This document shows, piece by piece, positions 48,539 through 56,543 of a DNA stretch of 64,000 nt. The position numbers and the translations under genes are program-made. The notes under the pieces were generated by a model. That model was not told where the DNA came from and searched no databases. It worked only from the letters and a program-made list of their open reading frames with translations. Origin of the DNA: an uncultured Prevotellaceae bacterium (GTDB taxonomy: Bacteria; Bacteroidota; Bacteroidia; Bacteroidales; UBA3663); assembly GCA_964567855.1 (NCBI GenBank), contig CAZMOE010000007.1, positions 32,614 through 96,613 of the forward strand, given 5' to 3'. Within the stretch, counting starts at the first letter, position 1. Every line of letters begins with the position of its first letter.

Positions 48539-48973
48539 ATGAAACATCTTCTGATTGCGTTGTTTGTTGTTGTATTTCTGTGTGGCCTGGTTGCATGTTG
48601 CCGTCATGGGAAAAAGACATCGGGCATGTGTGCGAAAATGGCCATGGAGGTCGACGGAATCATTCGGCTTTCCTATATTGAGGTCTATCCGCAGTATCTC
48701 GAGGAATACAGACGCTATGCTACTGAAGTCGGTGAAGTGTCATTACGTACGGAACCGGGTGTGCTTACCATGTATGCCGTCGCCGAGCAGGAGGATTCGT
48801 GCCGCATTACTATTCTTGAGACCTACGCCAGCCGTTCGGCCTATGAGGCGCATGTAGCTTCCGCACATTTTCAGAAATATAAGCAGGGTACTCTGCACAT
48901 GGTGAAATCGCTCAGGCTGGCGGATCAGATCTTGCTTAATCCAGATAATAAATTGCAAAATTATATTCGTTGA
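48539..48973 (+). CDS. antibiotic-biosynthesis-monooxygenase (ABM) fold lipoprotein
   Basis: Lipobox-type signal MKHLLIALFVVVFLCGLVAC. ABM core IRLSYIEVYPQYLEEY...ILETYASRSAYEAHVASAHFQKY. Confidence 0.7.
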   Translation: MKHLLIALFVVVFLCGLVACCRHGKKTSGMCAKMAMEVDGIIRLSYIEVYPQYLEEYRRYATEVGEVSLRTEPGVLTMYAVAEQEDSCRITILETYASRSAYEAHVASAHFQKYKQGTLHMVKSLRLADQILLNPDNKLQNYIR

Positions 48974-48977
48974 CATT

Positions 48978-49814
48978 ATGAGAAAAGCATTATCATTTGT
49001 ATTTACCGTAACACTAACATTACAGATTATGGCACAACAGAAAATTATTCAGACTGCCGGACGCGATGCGCTGGGGGAATTTGCCCCCGAGTTTGCCCGG
49101 CTTAACGATGATGTTCTCTTCGGAGAGGTATGGAGCCGCAATCATCTGCTTTCCATGCGTGACCGGAGCCTTGTTACCGTTACCGCTCTCATGAGTCAGG
49201 GGCTCACCGATTCTTCGTTGATCTATCATTTGCAGGAGGCGAAGAAAAACGGAATTACTCGGACCGAGATAGCGGAGATTATTACCCATGCCGCGTTCTA
49301 TGCGGGATGGCCTAAGGCGTGGGCGACGTTCCGTCTTGCCAAAGAGGTATGGAATGGGGAGGATGTTCCTGCTGCAGACGCCCGCGAGCAATTCCAGCGG
49401 GAGATGATATTCCCGGTCGGAGAGCCCAATGTCGCCTATGCGCAGTATTTTATCGGCAACAGTTATCTTGCGCCTATTTCATCGGATCAGGTTGCCGTTT
49501 CCAATGTAACGTTCGAGCCGCGTTGTCGCAATAATTGGCATATTCATAAGGCGACGAATGGCGGTGGACAGATGCTTATCGGTGTTGCCGGACGCGGCTG
49601 GTACCAGGAAGAGGGGAAGCCGGCTGTCGAGATTCTTCCGGGTACGGTCATCCATATCCCTGCCAACGTAAAGCATTGGCACGGTGCGGCCGCCGACTCA
49701 TGGTTTGCCCATCTGGCTTTCAGCGTTCCGGGTGAAGATACTGACAATATATGGCTGGAGCCCGTTTCGGACGAGCAGTATGACCGACTTGAATCCTCAA
49801 AAATATCCGAATAA
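48978..49814 (+). CDS. carboxymuconolactone decarboxylase (CMD)-family domain fused to a cupin domain, with signal peptide
   Basis: Signal MRKALSFVFTVTLTLQIMAQQ. CMD motifs FGEVWSRNHLLSMRDRSLVTVTAL and ITHAAFYAGWPKA. Cupin motifs NNWHIHKATNGGGQMLIG and IPANVKHWHGA. Confidence 0.75.
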   Translation: MRKALSFVFTVTLTLQIMAQQKIIQTAGRDALGEFAPEFARLNDDVLFGEVWSRNHLLSMRDRSLVTVTALMSQGLTDSSLIYHLQEAKKNGITRTEIAEIITHAAFYAGWPKAWATFRLAKEVWNGEDVPAADAREQFQREMIFPVGEPNVAYAQYFIGNSYLAPISSDQVAVSNVTFEPRCRNNWHIHKATNGGGQMLIGVAGRGWYQEEGKPAVEILPGTVIHIPANVKHWHGAAADSWFAHLAFSVPGEDTDNIWLEPVSDEQYDRLESSKISE

Positions 49815-49829
49815 ATACCTCTGACAGCA

Positions 49830-50450
49830 ATGAAGAAAATCGTAACTTTATTTGTCCTGCTGCTGATAGTCCCGTTACAGGTGAAAATATTCGCGCAGGC
49901 CGATTCAAACGCAAATTCAAATATGAAGACAGACAAGAAAGTATTGGTGACATTCTTCTCGCATACCGGCGAGAATTATGGTGTAGGAAACATTACGAAG
50001 GGAAATACTCATATCGTGGCCGAGATGATAGCCGACGCAACCGGCGGCCGTCTCTTTGAAATTGTTCCCGAACAGGAATATCCGAAAACATATGACGCCT
50101 GTGTGGAGGTGGCCAAAAAGGAGAAAGAGGCCGCAGTCCGGCCGGCGGTGAAGGATGATATTGCCGTTGAAGAGTATGATGTCGTTTTTGTCGGCTATCC
50201 TAACTGGTGGAGCGACATGCCGATGGCTGTCTATACCTTCCTCGAAAAGCATGATTGGGAGGGCAAGACGGTCGTTCCTTTCTGCACACATGAGGGGAGC
50301 GGTCTCTCGTCCACAGAGCGCTATATCGCTGCAACTTGCAAGGGGGCAGAGGTAGGCAAGGGGCTTGCTCTGAAAGGCACCACAGCACAGCGTACGCCGG
50401 AGCAGGTGCGGAAGTCTGTCGAATCGTGGTTGAAAAAGTCTGGTTATTGA
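49830..50450 (+). CDS. flavodoxin (Flavodoxin_4-like) with signal peptide
   Basis: Signal MKKIVTLFVLLLIVPLQVKIFAQA. Motifs VLVTFFSHTGENY and VFVGYPNWWSDMP. Confidence 0.75.
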   Translation: MKKIVTLFVLLLIVPLQVKIFAQADSNANSNMKTDKKVLVTFFSHTGENYGVGNITKGNTHIVAEMIADATGGRLFEIVPEQEYPKTYDACVEVAKKEKEAAVRPAVKDDIAVEEYDVVFVGYPNWWSDMPMAVYTFLEKHDWEGKTVVPFCTHEGSGLSSTERYIAATCKGAEVGKGLALKGTTAQRTPEQVRKSVESWLKKSGY

Positions 50451-50469
50451 TCTTGCTTATAAAAGGAGT

Positions 50470-50525
50470 GCCTCCCGCGGTGAATCCGGTTAGAAAGGAT
50501 TGCGGCGGGAGGCCTTTTAATTTTT
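50470..50525 (+). terminator. rho-independent terminator after the flavodoxin gene
   Basis: gcctcccgc (50470-50478) pairs with gcgggaggc (50505-50513), followed by cttttaattttt. Confidence 0.6.
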
Positions 50526-50629
50526 GTGAGATCGATTTCGCTACCCTTTCTTTTTGCTGTATTTTTGCTTCGGATTTGTCATATTGGCTATGATCTGCTA
50601 TCTTTGTCCCGTGTATCAACAACGGGTGT

Positions 50630-51007
50630 ATGAATATAGAAAGTTTCAGAACATATTGTATCTCTCTGCCGGGAGCTGAGGAGGCAATGCCTTGGGTGAC
50701 GGGCAGGAACGAGCATGACCGAGGCCTTCTGGTTTTTTCAGTGGCCGGAAAGTGGTTTTGTGTCGTACACATTGAAGAATTTGACTTCTGTCTGTTGAAA
50801 TGTCCGCCGGAGCAGGCCGAAGAATTGCGCGAGCGTTATGACGGTATCCGGCCTGGCTGGCACATGAACAAGCGCCATTGGAACAGCGTGTATTTCAACA
50901 GCGATGTCCCGGAGGAAGAAATCCGTGCGTTGGTACGGCTGGCCTACGAGACTGTGGTGGCAAAGCTTCCTCGCAAGGTGCGGGAATCGCTATTGCAGAA
51001 CGATTGA
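50630..51007 (+). CDS. MmcQ/YjbR family protein
   Basis: 125 aa. MNIESFRTYCISLPGAEEAMPW and WHMNKRHWNSV. Confidence 0.75.
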   Translation: MNIESFRTYCISLPGAEEAMPWVTGRNEHDRGLLVFSVAGKWFCVVHIEEFDFCLLKCPPEQAEELRERYDGIRPGWHMNKRHWNSVYFNSDVPEEEIRALVRLAYETVVAKLPRKVRESLLQND

Positions 51008-51185
51008 TCTTTCAAGCTGTTTTTCCGCTCTTGTCTGACACGGCCGTTATGTCGGCGGTCGGATATTCTTGCCTGTGAGTCTGCGGATGTATAGTAGCGG
51101 TTTTGATTGTCGGCCGGGATGTTTTTAGGAGATATTCCGAGGTACAGTGTCGATATTTTTTTCTATTTCGATTTTCTTTTTCGGT

Positions 51186-51389
51186 CTATTCCTTTCGGAA
51201 TTCATTCTTGATCTTATCGATACTTCGGCCTCCGATTCCGATGTTTTCGTCGGGAAGTTCCTTGATGGATACCATAAAGAATTGTTCGGGGATGCCGGTG
51301 ATCTTGGCTGCCGTTTCTGTCAGTTGCGCGATGAGGAGCTCTTTCTGGCCGGTGGTCATGGCACCGCTTTCGATGGTGATATATGGCAT
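51186..51389 (-). CDS. 4-oxalocrotonate tautomerase family protein
   Basis: 67 aa. Begins MPYITIE (Pro at position 2, which is the catalytic Pro1 after Met removal). Confidence 0.75.
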   Translation of the reverse strand: MPYITIESGAMTTGQKELLIAQLTETAAKITGIPEQFFMVSIKELPDENIGIGGRSIDKIKNEFRKE

Positions 51390-51498
51390 GCTTTTACTTA
51401 TTGTTTTAGGGTTGCTGTTAATGATAATCCCGCAACTGCAAATAGTGTAGTCGCGGGTGTTGATTTTCTTGTTTTTATCTATTGCTTGACGTTATTAT

Positions 51499-52107
51499 TC
51501 AAGGAAATAGAGTGCAGAAACCCTGTTTGTAGAACTGGTAATACATTTCAATACGTTCCGGGGTGTCGTTTTCGAGCAGGAGGAGTAGTTCCCGGGTAAA
51601 TTCGAGGGCTGCGGAACCGTTGGCGGTTACGATACGGCGGTCGCTGACGGCCTGCTCGTGGACGTATTGCGCCTCATTGGTGTAGTTGTCTCCGCCCCAT
51701 AGTTTCAGTTGGTCGATACCGTTGCCGGTATGACGGACATTATTCAGAAAGCCATGTCGGGCGAGAAAGGAGGCTGCATTACAGATTGCGCCTATGATTT
51801 TTCCGGTCTGTATGGCCCTTTGTACGATGGGCACGACAGGGGTGGCAAGCTCTTCCCTTGTCCATCCGAAGCCGCCGATGAGTACAAGGGCCGCATAATC
51901 GTCCGGCATTGTATCGAAGGTGTAGTCGGGCAAGGTGCGGAAACTTCCGCAGGAGCATATTGGATCCATCGTTGCGGCTACGGTCTTATTTACGTATTTT
52001 GGATTGGTTTTTATCGCCTGTTTGTCACAGGCTATGGCCTCCGACAGATAGACCACTTCGTGGGCTGCGTAATCGGGCAGCAACAGATATAGGATTTCGT
52101 TTGTCAT
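51499..52107 (-). CDS. DJ-1/PfpI (type 1 glutamine amidotransferase-like) family protein
   Basis: Start at ATG 52107 (MTNEILYLLLPDY). Nucleophile-elbow Cys in IIGAICNAASFLA. Confidence 0.75.
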   Translation of the reverse strand: MTNEILYLLLPDYAAHEVVYLSEAIACDKQAIKTNPKYVNKTVAATMDPICSCGSFRTLPDYTFDTMPDDYAALVLIGGFGWTREELATPVVPIVQRAIQTGKIIGAICNAASFLARHGFLNNVRHTGNGIDQLKLWGGDNYTNEAQYVHEQAVSDRRIVTANGSAALEFTRELLLLLENDTPERIEMYYQFYKQGFCTLFP

Positions 52108-52204
52108 AGTGTGTATTGTGATTTTGTGATTGCGATCGGGAGTGTTACCGGTGCGCTGTGTAACGGCTTTGTCTTTTGTCATGGGCTGTTGTCCTGCTGA
52201 GGTT

Positions 52205-52621
52205 TTACACATAGAATTCTTCTGAACGGTAGTTGCCGTAAAACCGGCCGGAGGAAGCGGTGAACTTGAGCACGCAATAGTCCGGGTCTGTCACCCCCTT
52301 CGGGTAATATTCTTCATCTCCGTCGCGCCAGATCATGACCTTGCTTTCGGCGTCGGTCAATATCTCCATTGTGCCGCGCAGCATAGCTCCACGGAAGAAA
52401 CGGTTGTCGCAGAAATAAACGCAGGCCCTATCGTTTTGAAGAAACTGGGCGACGCGCATGGACGACGTATTTGTAGTGAAGTAGAACACCCGGATTCCTT
52501 CCCGTTTGCGCGGCTGCAGCATGGCCTTGATGTTCGGGTATCCCTCTTTGTCCACCGATCCGATGAATGCTGTTTTCAGTTTGTCGGCCATGTTGCCGAT
52601 CGTCTGTTCTGGATTGCGCAT
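52205..52621 (-). CDS. pyridoxamine 5'-phosphate oxidase-fold (general stress protein 26-like) protein
   Basis: 138 aa. AFIGSVDKEGYPNIKAM...VFYFTTNTSSMRVAQ. Confidence 0.7.
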   Translation of the reverse strand: MRNPEQTIGNMADKLKTAFIGSVDKEGYPNIKAMLQPRKREGIRVFYFTTNTSSMRVAQFLQNDRACVYFCDNRFFRGAMLRGTMEILTDAESKVMIWRDGDEEYYPKGVTDPDYCVLKFTASSGRFYGNYRSEEFYV

Positions 52622-52656
52622 ATATTGTATGAGGGTGTTAAAAGCAGGTTGTATTT

Positions 52657-53346
52657 TTATACTTCGGCCAGGTTTTTATGAGCGAATTCGCCGTTGATCC
52701 ATATCGTGGCTTCGTGACCGACGAAGTGGAGGAGGACGTAGTTCGGGTCGGTGGGGCCTCCGGGGAAATGCTGGATGAACCAGTCTTGCCACATCTCTTT
52801 GCGCAGGGCATCGTTGGTGACGATCTCTACCGTTCCGCGCAGGGCTACGCTGTCGCCGTATGCGGAATAGCATAGCCCGGCTTTGTTATTGGCCTTGAAT
52901 TCGACGGTTTTCATAGAATCGGCGCCGGTCGACATCCACACCTCGTTGTATCCCGCCGTACGGATTTTTGCCATCGGCACCGGACGGGGAAAGCCGTCTG
53001 CATTGACGGAGGCCACTGTTACTTCGAAGCAGCTTTTGAGCAGCGCCTCGGCCTTTTCGGCGAGCGTCCGCTTATCCTGTTCCCGCCAGCGTTTCAGTTG
53101 CGGAAAGAAAGTGCGCATCTGTTCTTTGGCCTGTTCCGGCGTGAGATTCAGGCCGGTGTGTTCGTTCATCTGATCGGTGAACTGGGCGCAAAACTCTATC
53201 ATCTGGTTCATGGTAAAGTCTTGCGTGAAAGCACCGTCTTTGTAACAGTACGAGCAATATTCTTCGTTCAAACTTCCGTCGGAGTTGGTACCCGACAATT
53301 CTTTTGTGAGCGGCATGCCGCAGCTTTGGCAGAATTTCTGTTCCAT
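52657..53346 (-). CDS. zinc-ribbon domain fused to a pyridoxamine 5'-phosphate oxidase-fold domain
   Basis: N-terminus MEQKFCQSCGMPL...EEYCSYCYKDGAF (four Cys). C-terminal PNPOx-like half VASVNADGFPRPVPM... Confidence 0.7.
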   Translation of the reverse strand: MEQKFCQSCGMPLTKELSGTNSDGSLNEEYCSYCYKDGAFTQDFTMNQMIEFCAQFTDQMNEHTGLNLTPEQAKEQMRTFFPQLKRWREQDKRTLAEKAEALLKSCFEVTVASVNADGFPRPVPMAKIRTAGYNEVWMSTGADSMKTVEFKANNKAGLCYSAYGDSVALRGTVEIVTNDALRKEMWQDWFIQHFPGGPTDPNYVLLHFVGHEATIWINGEFAHKNLAEV

Positions 53347-53461
53347 AATGCGTCGGTTTTATAGAGTCAGCGGGTACCTTTGTATATGGCAGTCCGCGAT
53401 AGGCTCTGATTGATATTTTCTATTTTCGATAACGGGTTGAAAGGAGGTTCCTTTCTGATTG

Positions 53462-53469
53462 CAAAGATA
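53462..53469 (-). promoter_or_regulatory. -7 box TAtcTTTG upstream of the zinc-ribbon/PNPOx gene
   Basis: caaagata on the plus strand, 116 nt upstream of ATG 53346. Confidence 0.35.
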
Positions 53470-53532
53470 ATTAAAATACAATAGTTCCCTTGTTCGGACG
53501 TTGGAAAATAGTGTAATTGCGTTATCTTTTAA

Positions 53533-53859
53533 TTAATCTTGGCCTCTGGCAATAATTTCCTCCTCTTTCCATTCGCAGCGGCGCATGTCTACGCACGTTC
53601 CTGATTTGAATGTTACGCCCTCTTGCAATAATAATTTTTTTTGTTCCGGCCATAGTGGTGCGATCCGGCCGGCAGAGTTTACTACACGATGACAGGGCAG
53701 GTGAATTTCCGGGGGAATATTGCAGAGGATATGACCGACACATCGCGAATGGTTCGGGTAGCCGGCCAATGCGGCAATCCGGCCGTAAGACAATACCCGG
53801 CCGGCAGGAATCTGGACAATTATATTATATACGGATTCTTGAAAGTTTTTCTTATTCAT
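53533..53859 (-). CDS. MGMT-family protein (single DNA-binding/alkyl-acceptor domain)
   Basis: 108 aa. GRVLSYGRIAALAG, with an intact acceptor motif LPCHRVVNSAG. Confidence 0.8.
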   Translation of the reverse strand: MNKKNFQESVYNIIVQIPAGRVLSYGRIAALAGYPNHSRCVGHILCNIPPEIHLPCHRVVNSAGRIAPLWPEQKKLLLQEGVTFKSGTCVDMRRCEWKEEEIIARGQD

Positions 53860-54614
53860 ATGCTATGATTTTGAAAGTCGGTAGTTTTTTCTTGGGATAT
53901 GCTTGTCAGCAGAGTGCGCTTTGGCCGGACATTCGGATTCTCTGATGTAGCCGGTTGTTGTCGGGGGACTGTCTCGGTAGGCTGCTTGTCAAGTGATTTG
54001 TTTCGATTTATGCTGCAAAGTTATAAGGAATTTTTATATCTCAGCCATTTTCATTTCTCCGGTACCGGTTTATTCGGAAATAAAGAGCGGATAGTGTCGG
54101 ATGAGGGGTGTTGCCGTTATCGGTATAACGGCTTGCTTGCGGAACGGAAGAATCGATCTCGTTCTCGGTGGTCGTAGCCGGAGTTTTTTTAGTGTTATTG
54201 TTGCCGGTTGTGGCGCTTGCTGTATTGCGGCAAGTGCCGACAAGTGAAGCGGAGCACCTCGACCGGTCGGCTTTTCCCTCTCTCGGAAAGTCCGGGATAA
54301 TATGGCGGTTCTTTGGGCGATGGCCGATGATGTGATTTCCGCTTGCCGAAATGCCTGGGCATGAAATGAGGGTCTGTGAGGTCGGCGCGATTTTCCGGAT
54401 GTTATCGGAAAGGGTGTCGTAGGCCGTTGTTGGCAATCTGGAGGAGGGATTTCCCTCGTATATGGTCGTTTCTGGTTTGGGGCGGGCTATTCATCAATAT
54501 ATATACATTTCTTATTGCGTTGAGATTTGTTTTTTATCGGAATGGAAGTGTTGTAAAAATATTCCGGAGGCATAGAAAATAATGAGAATGCTTGTCGGGT
54601 TACTTAAAAAAGGT

Positions 54615-54622
54615 TATCTTTG
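54615..54622 (+). promoter_or_regulatory. -7 box TAtcTTTG for the GH28 gene
   Basis: Lies 76 nt upstream of ATG 54698. Confidence 0.4.
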
Positions 54623-54697
54623 CAAAGTCTTTTCGTTGAAAAGATATTATCGATGATGACTAATCACTTAAATTTTATATTAAAAATTACGTAATCC

Positions 54698-56146
54698 ATG
54701 AAAAAAGGCATTATTTTACTGGCAGCCGTTTTTTCTTTGTCTATGTTTTCAGTGCAGGCAAAGAAAAATGCTTCGGGAGCCTGGTCAGAGGCTGATCGGA
54801 TTGTAAAAAATCTCAAGCAGGTATCTTTCCCCAAGAAGACCTATAACATTTCCGATTTCGGCGCCGTTGCCGCTACTCCGCAACGGCCGATCAAGTTGGC
54901 GCACGATGCTATCAATTTAGCCATTATCACTTGCAGCCAGCAGGGTGGAGGAACCGTCGTTATACCCGATAGTACCTATATCACAGGTCCTATTACTCTT
55001 AAAAGTAATGTCAATTTGCATCTGAGCGATGGTGCGGTATTGAAGTTCTCAACCGATCAGAGTCTCTATTTCCCGGCTGTTTTGACCCGTTGGGAAGGTA
55101 TCGATTGCTATAATACCCATCCGCTTATTTACGCGTATGGCGAAACGAATATCGCTTTGACTGGCAAGGGTACTTTAGATGCCCAGGGCGCCAATGAAAA
55201 CTGGTGGGCCATGTGCGGCGCGGCAAAATACGGCTGGCAGCCGGGTATGGTGGCCCAGAAAAACGGTGCGCGTGCGCAGTTGCTGGAATGGGGCGAGAGC
55301 GGAACGCCGGTATTCAAACGCGTTTTCGGACCGGAGGATGGTATGCGCCCTCAGTTTGTGAATTTCTATCGTTGCAATACCATACTTATTGAAGACGTCG
55401 AGTTGTTGAACTCTCCTTTCTGGGTACTTCATCCTCTGTTTTGCGAGGATTTGACTGTACGCGGTGTGAAAATCTACAACCGTGGTCCGAATGGTGACGG
55501 TTGCGATCCGGAATCCTGTAAAAATGTTTTGATTGAGAATTGTACATTCGATACCGGTGACGATTGTATCGCTATCAAGAGCGGCCGCAATGTGGATGGC
55601 CGTAAGTGGAACACGCCGAGTGAAAATATCGTGGTACGCAAATGCCACATGGTCAACGGACATGGCGGTGTCGTGGTCGGTTCTGAAATTTCCGGCGGCT
55701 ACCGCAATCTTTATGTGGAAGATTGTACGATGGATTCTCCCGAACTGGAACGCGTGATTCGTATCAAGACCTCCAGTTGCCGTGGTGGTATTATTGAGAA
55801 CATCTTTGTTCGTAACGTGACCGTGGGCCGTTGTCGTGAGGCCGTGTTGCGTATTAACTTGGATTATGAACCGAAGGAGGTTTGCCAGCGAGGCAACAAT
55901 CCGATCGTGCGTAACGTGAACCTGGAGAATGTCACTTGTAAAGAGAGTCAGTTCGGAGTCGTGCTGATCGGTCTGGAAGATGTCTGCAATATTTATGACG
56001 TTTCTGTCAAAAATTGCGATTTCACAGGCGTGAAGGGCAATAAGAAGACGAAGGACCTTAACCGGATGGACGGTCGTTTCAGAAACGTTACGTTCGATAA
56101 TATGAAACTCAACGGTGAGGCTTTCCCCTCTCCTGCAGATAGATAA
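54698..56146 (+). CDS. GH28 polygalacturonase / exo-poly-alpha-galacturonosidase
   Basis: Signal peptide. GH28 catalytic motifs NGDGCDPESC, GDDCIAIKSG, GHGGVVVGSE and RIKT. Confidence 0.9.
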   Translation: MKKGIILLAAVFSLSMFSVQAKKNASGAWSEADRIVKNLKQVSFPKKTYNISDFGAVAATPQRPIKLAHDAINLAIITCSQQGGGTVVIPDSTYITGPITLKSNVNLHLSDGAVLKFSTDQSLYFPAVLTRWEGIDCYNTHPLIYAYGETNIALTGKGTLDAQGANENWWAMCGAAKYGWQPGMVAQKNGARAQLLEWGESGTPVFKRVFGPEDGMRPQFVNFYRCNTILIEDVELLNSPFWVLHPLFCEDLTVRGVKIYNRGPNGDGCDPESCKNVLIENCTFDTGDDCIAIKSGRNVDGRKWNTPSENIVVRKCHMVNGHGGVVVGSEISGGYRNLYVEDCTMDSPELERVIRIKTSSCRGGIIENIFVRNVTVGRCREAVLRINLDYEPKEVCQRGNNPIVRNVNLENVTCKESQFGVVLIGLEDVCNIYDVSVKNCDFTGVKGNKKTKDLNRMDGRFRNVTFDNMKLNGEAFPSPADR

Positions 56147-56448
56147 GAGTTATAAAACAGGAATATGATTTCGTCGGTATGACTTTATTATGGTTGTGCC
56201 GGCGATTTCTTTTGCTGTACGGTTGTTTGTCTGTAATGTGGCTGGCGGGCAGCCTTCTCTTGGGTTTGTATTTTTGGTTGCAGGGCGGGGATTGTTTTGT
56301 TGCGTGTTTGTTCTTTTATGAAGCTGTTGCGGAATCGTTTCTGGGTGGTTGACTGTTGTCAGATGTATTTCTGTAATGCCGCTGTTTGTTAGTGTTTGTT
56401 CTGATGGGAGATATTTTGTTTTATGGGAATGCAGTTTGGCAATAAAAT

Positions 56449-56491
56449 AGATCCGGGACGGTAACTGTTTCAAGTCTGCCGTCCCGGATCT
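56449..56491 (-). terminator. terminator hairpin downstream of uxaA
   Basis: Perfect 13-bp stem: agatccgggacgg (56449-56461) and ccgtcccggatct (56479-56491). A T-rich stretch follows on the minus strand. It lies 53 nt after the uxaA stop. Confidence 0.65.
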
Positions 56492-56543
56492 GTTCGTTGG
56501 GAAGGAAAAGGCGGTGTGGTATAGGCACACCGAATATGAATTA

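Noticed and set aside
54285-54296. GGAAAGTCCGGG is a 12-mer identical to the core of the RNase P RNA P4 signature (GAGGAAAGUCCGGGC), found inside the long spacer.
   Set aside because: None of the other universally conserved RNase P RNA blocks are present within several hundred nt on either strand. The missing blocks are GUGCAACAGAAA-like, GGUAAGAGCGCACC-like and the 3' ACAGAACCCGGCUUA partner of P4. The match is also partly self-complementary (cgga/tccg).
54041-54436. A 131-aa minus-strand ORF lies in the GH28 upstream spacer.
   Set aside because: It has no start context, and its composition is odd (runs of T, N, S and R). No motif is recognisable, and other equally long frames overlap it. 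I treated it as non-coding or at most a gene remnant.
56150-56530. A 126-aa minus-strand ORF lies between GH28 and uxaA.
   Set aside because: It is a translation of the CA-rich strand of the GT-skewed tract (T, N, Q, P runs) and spans the terminator hairpin. This is a composition artefact.
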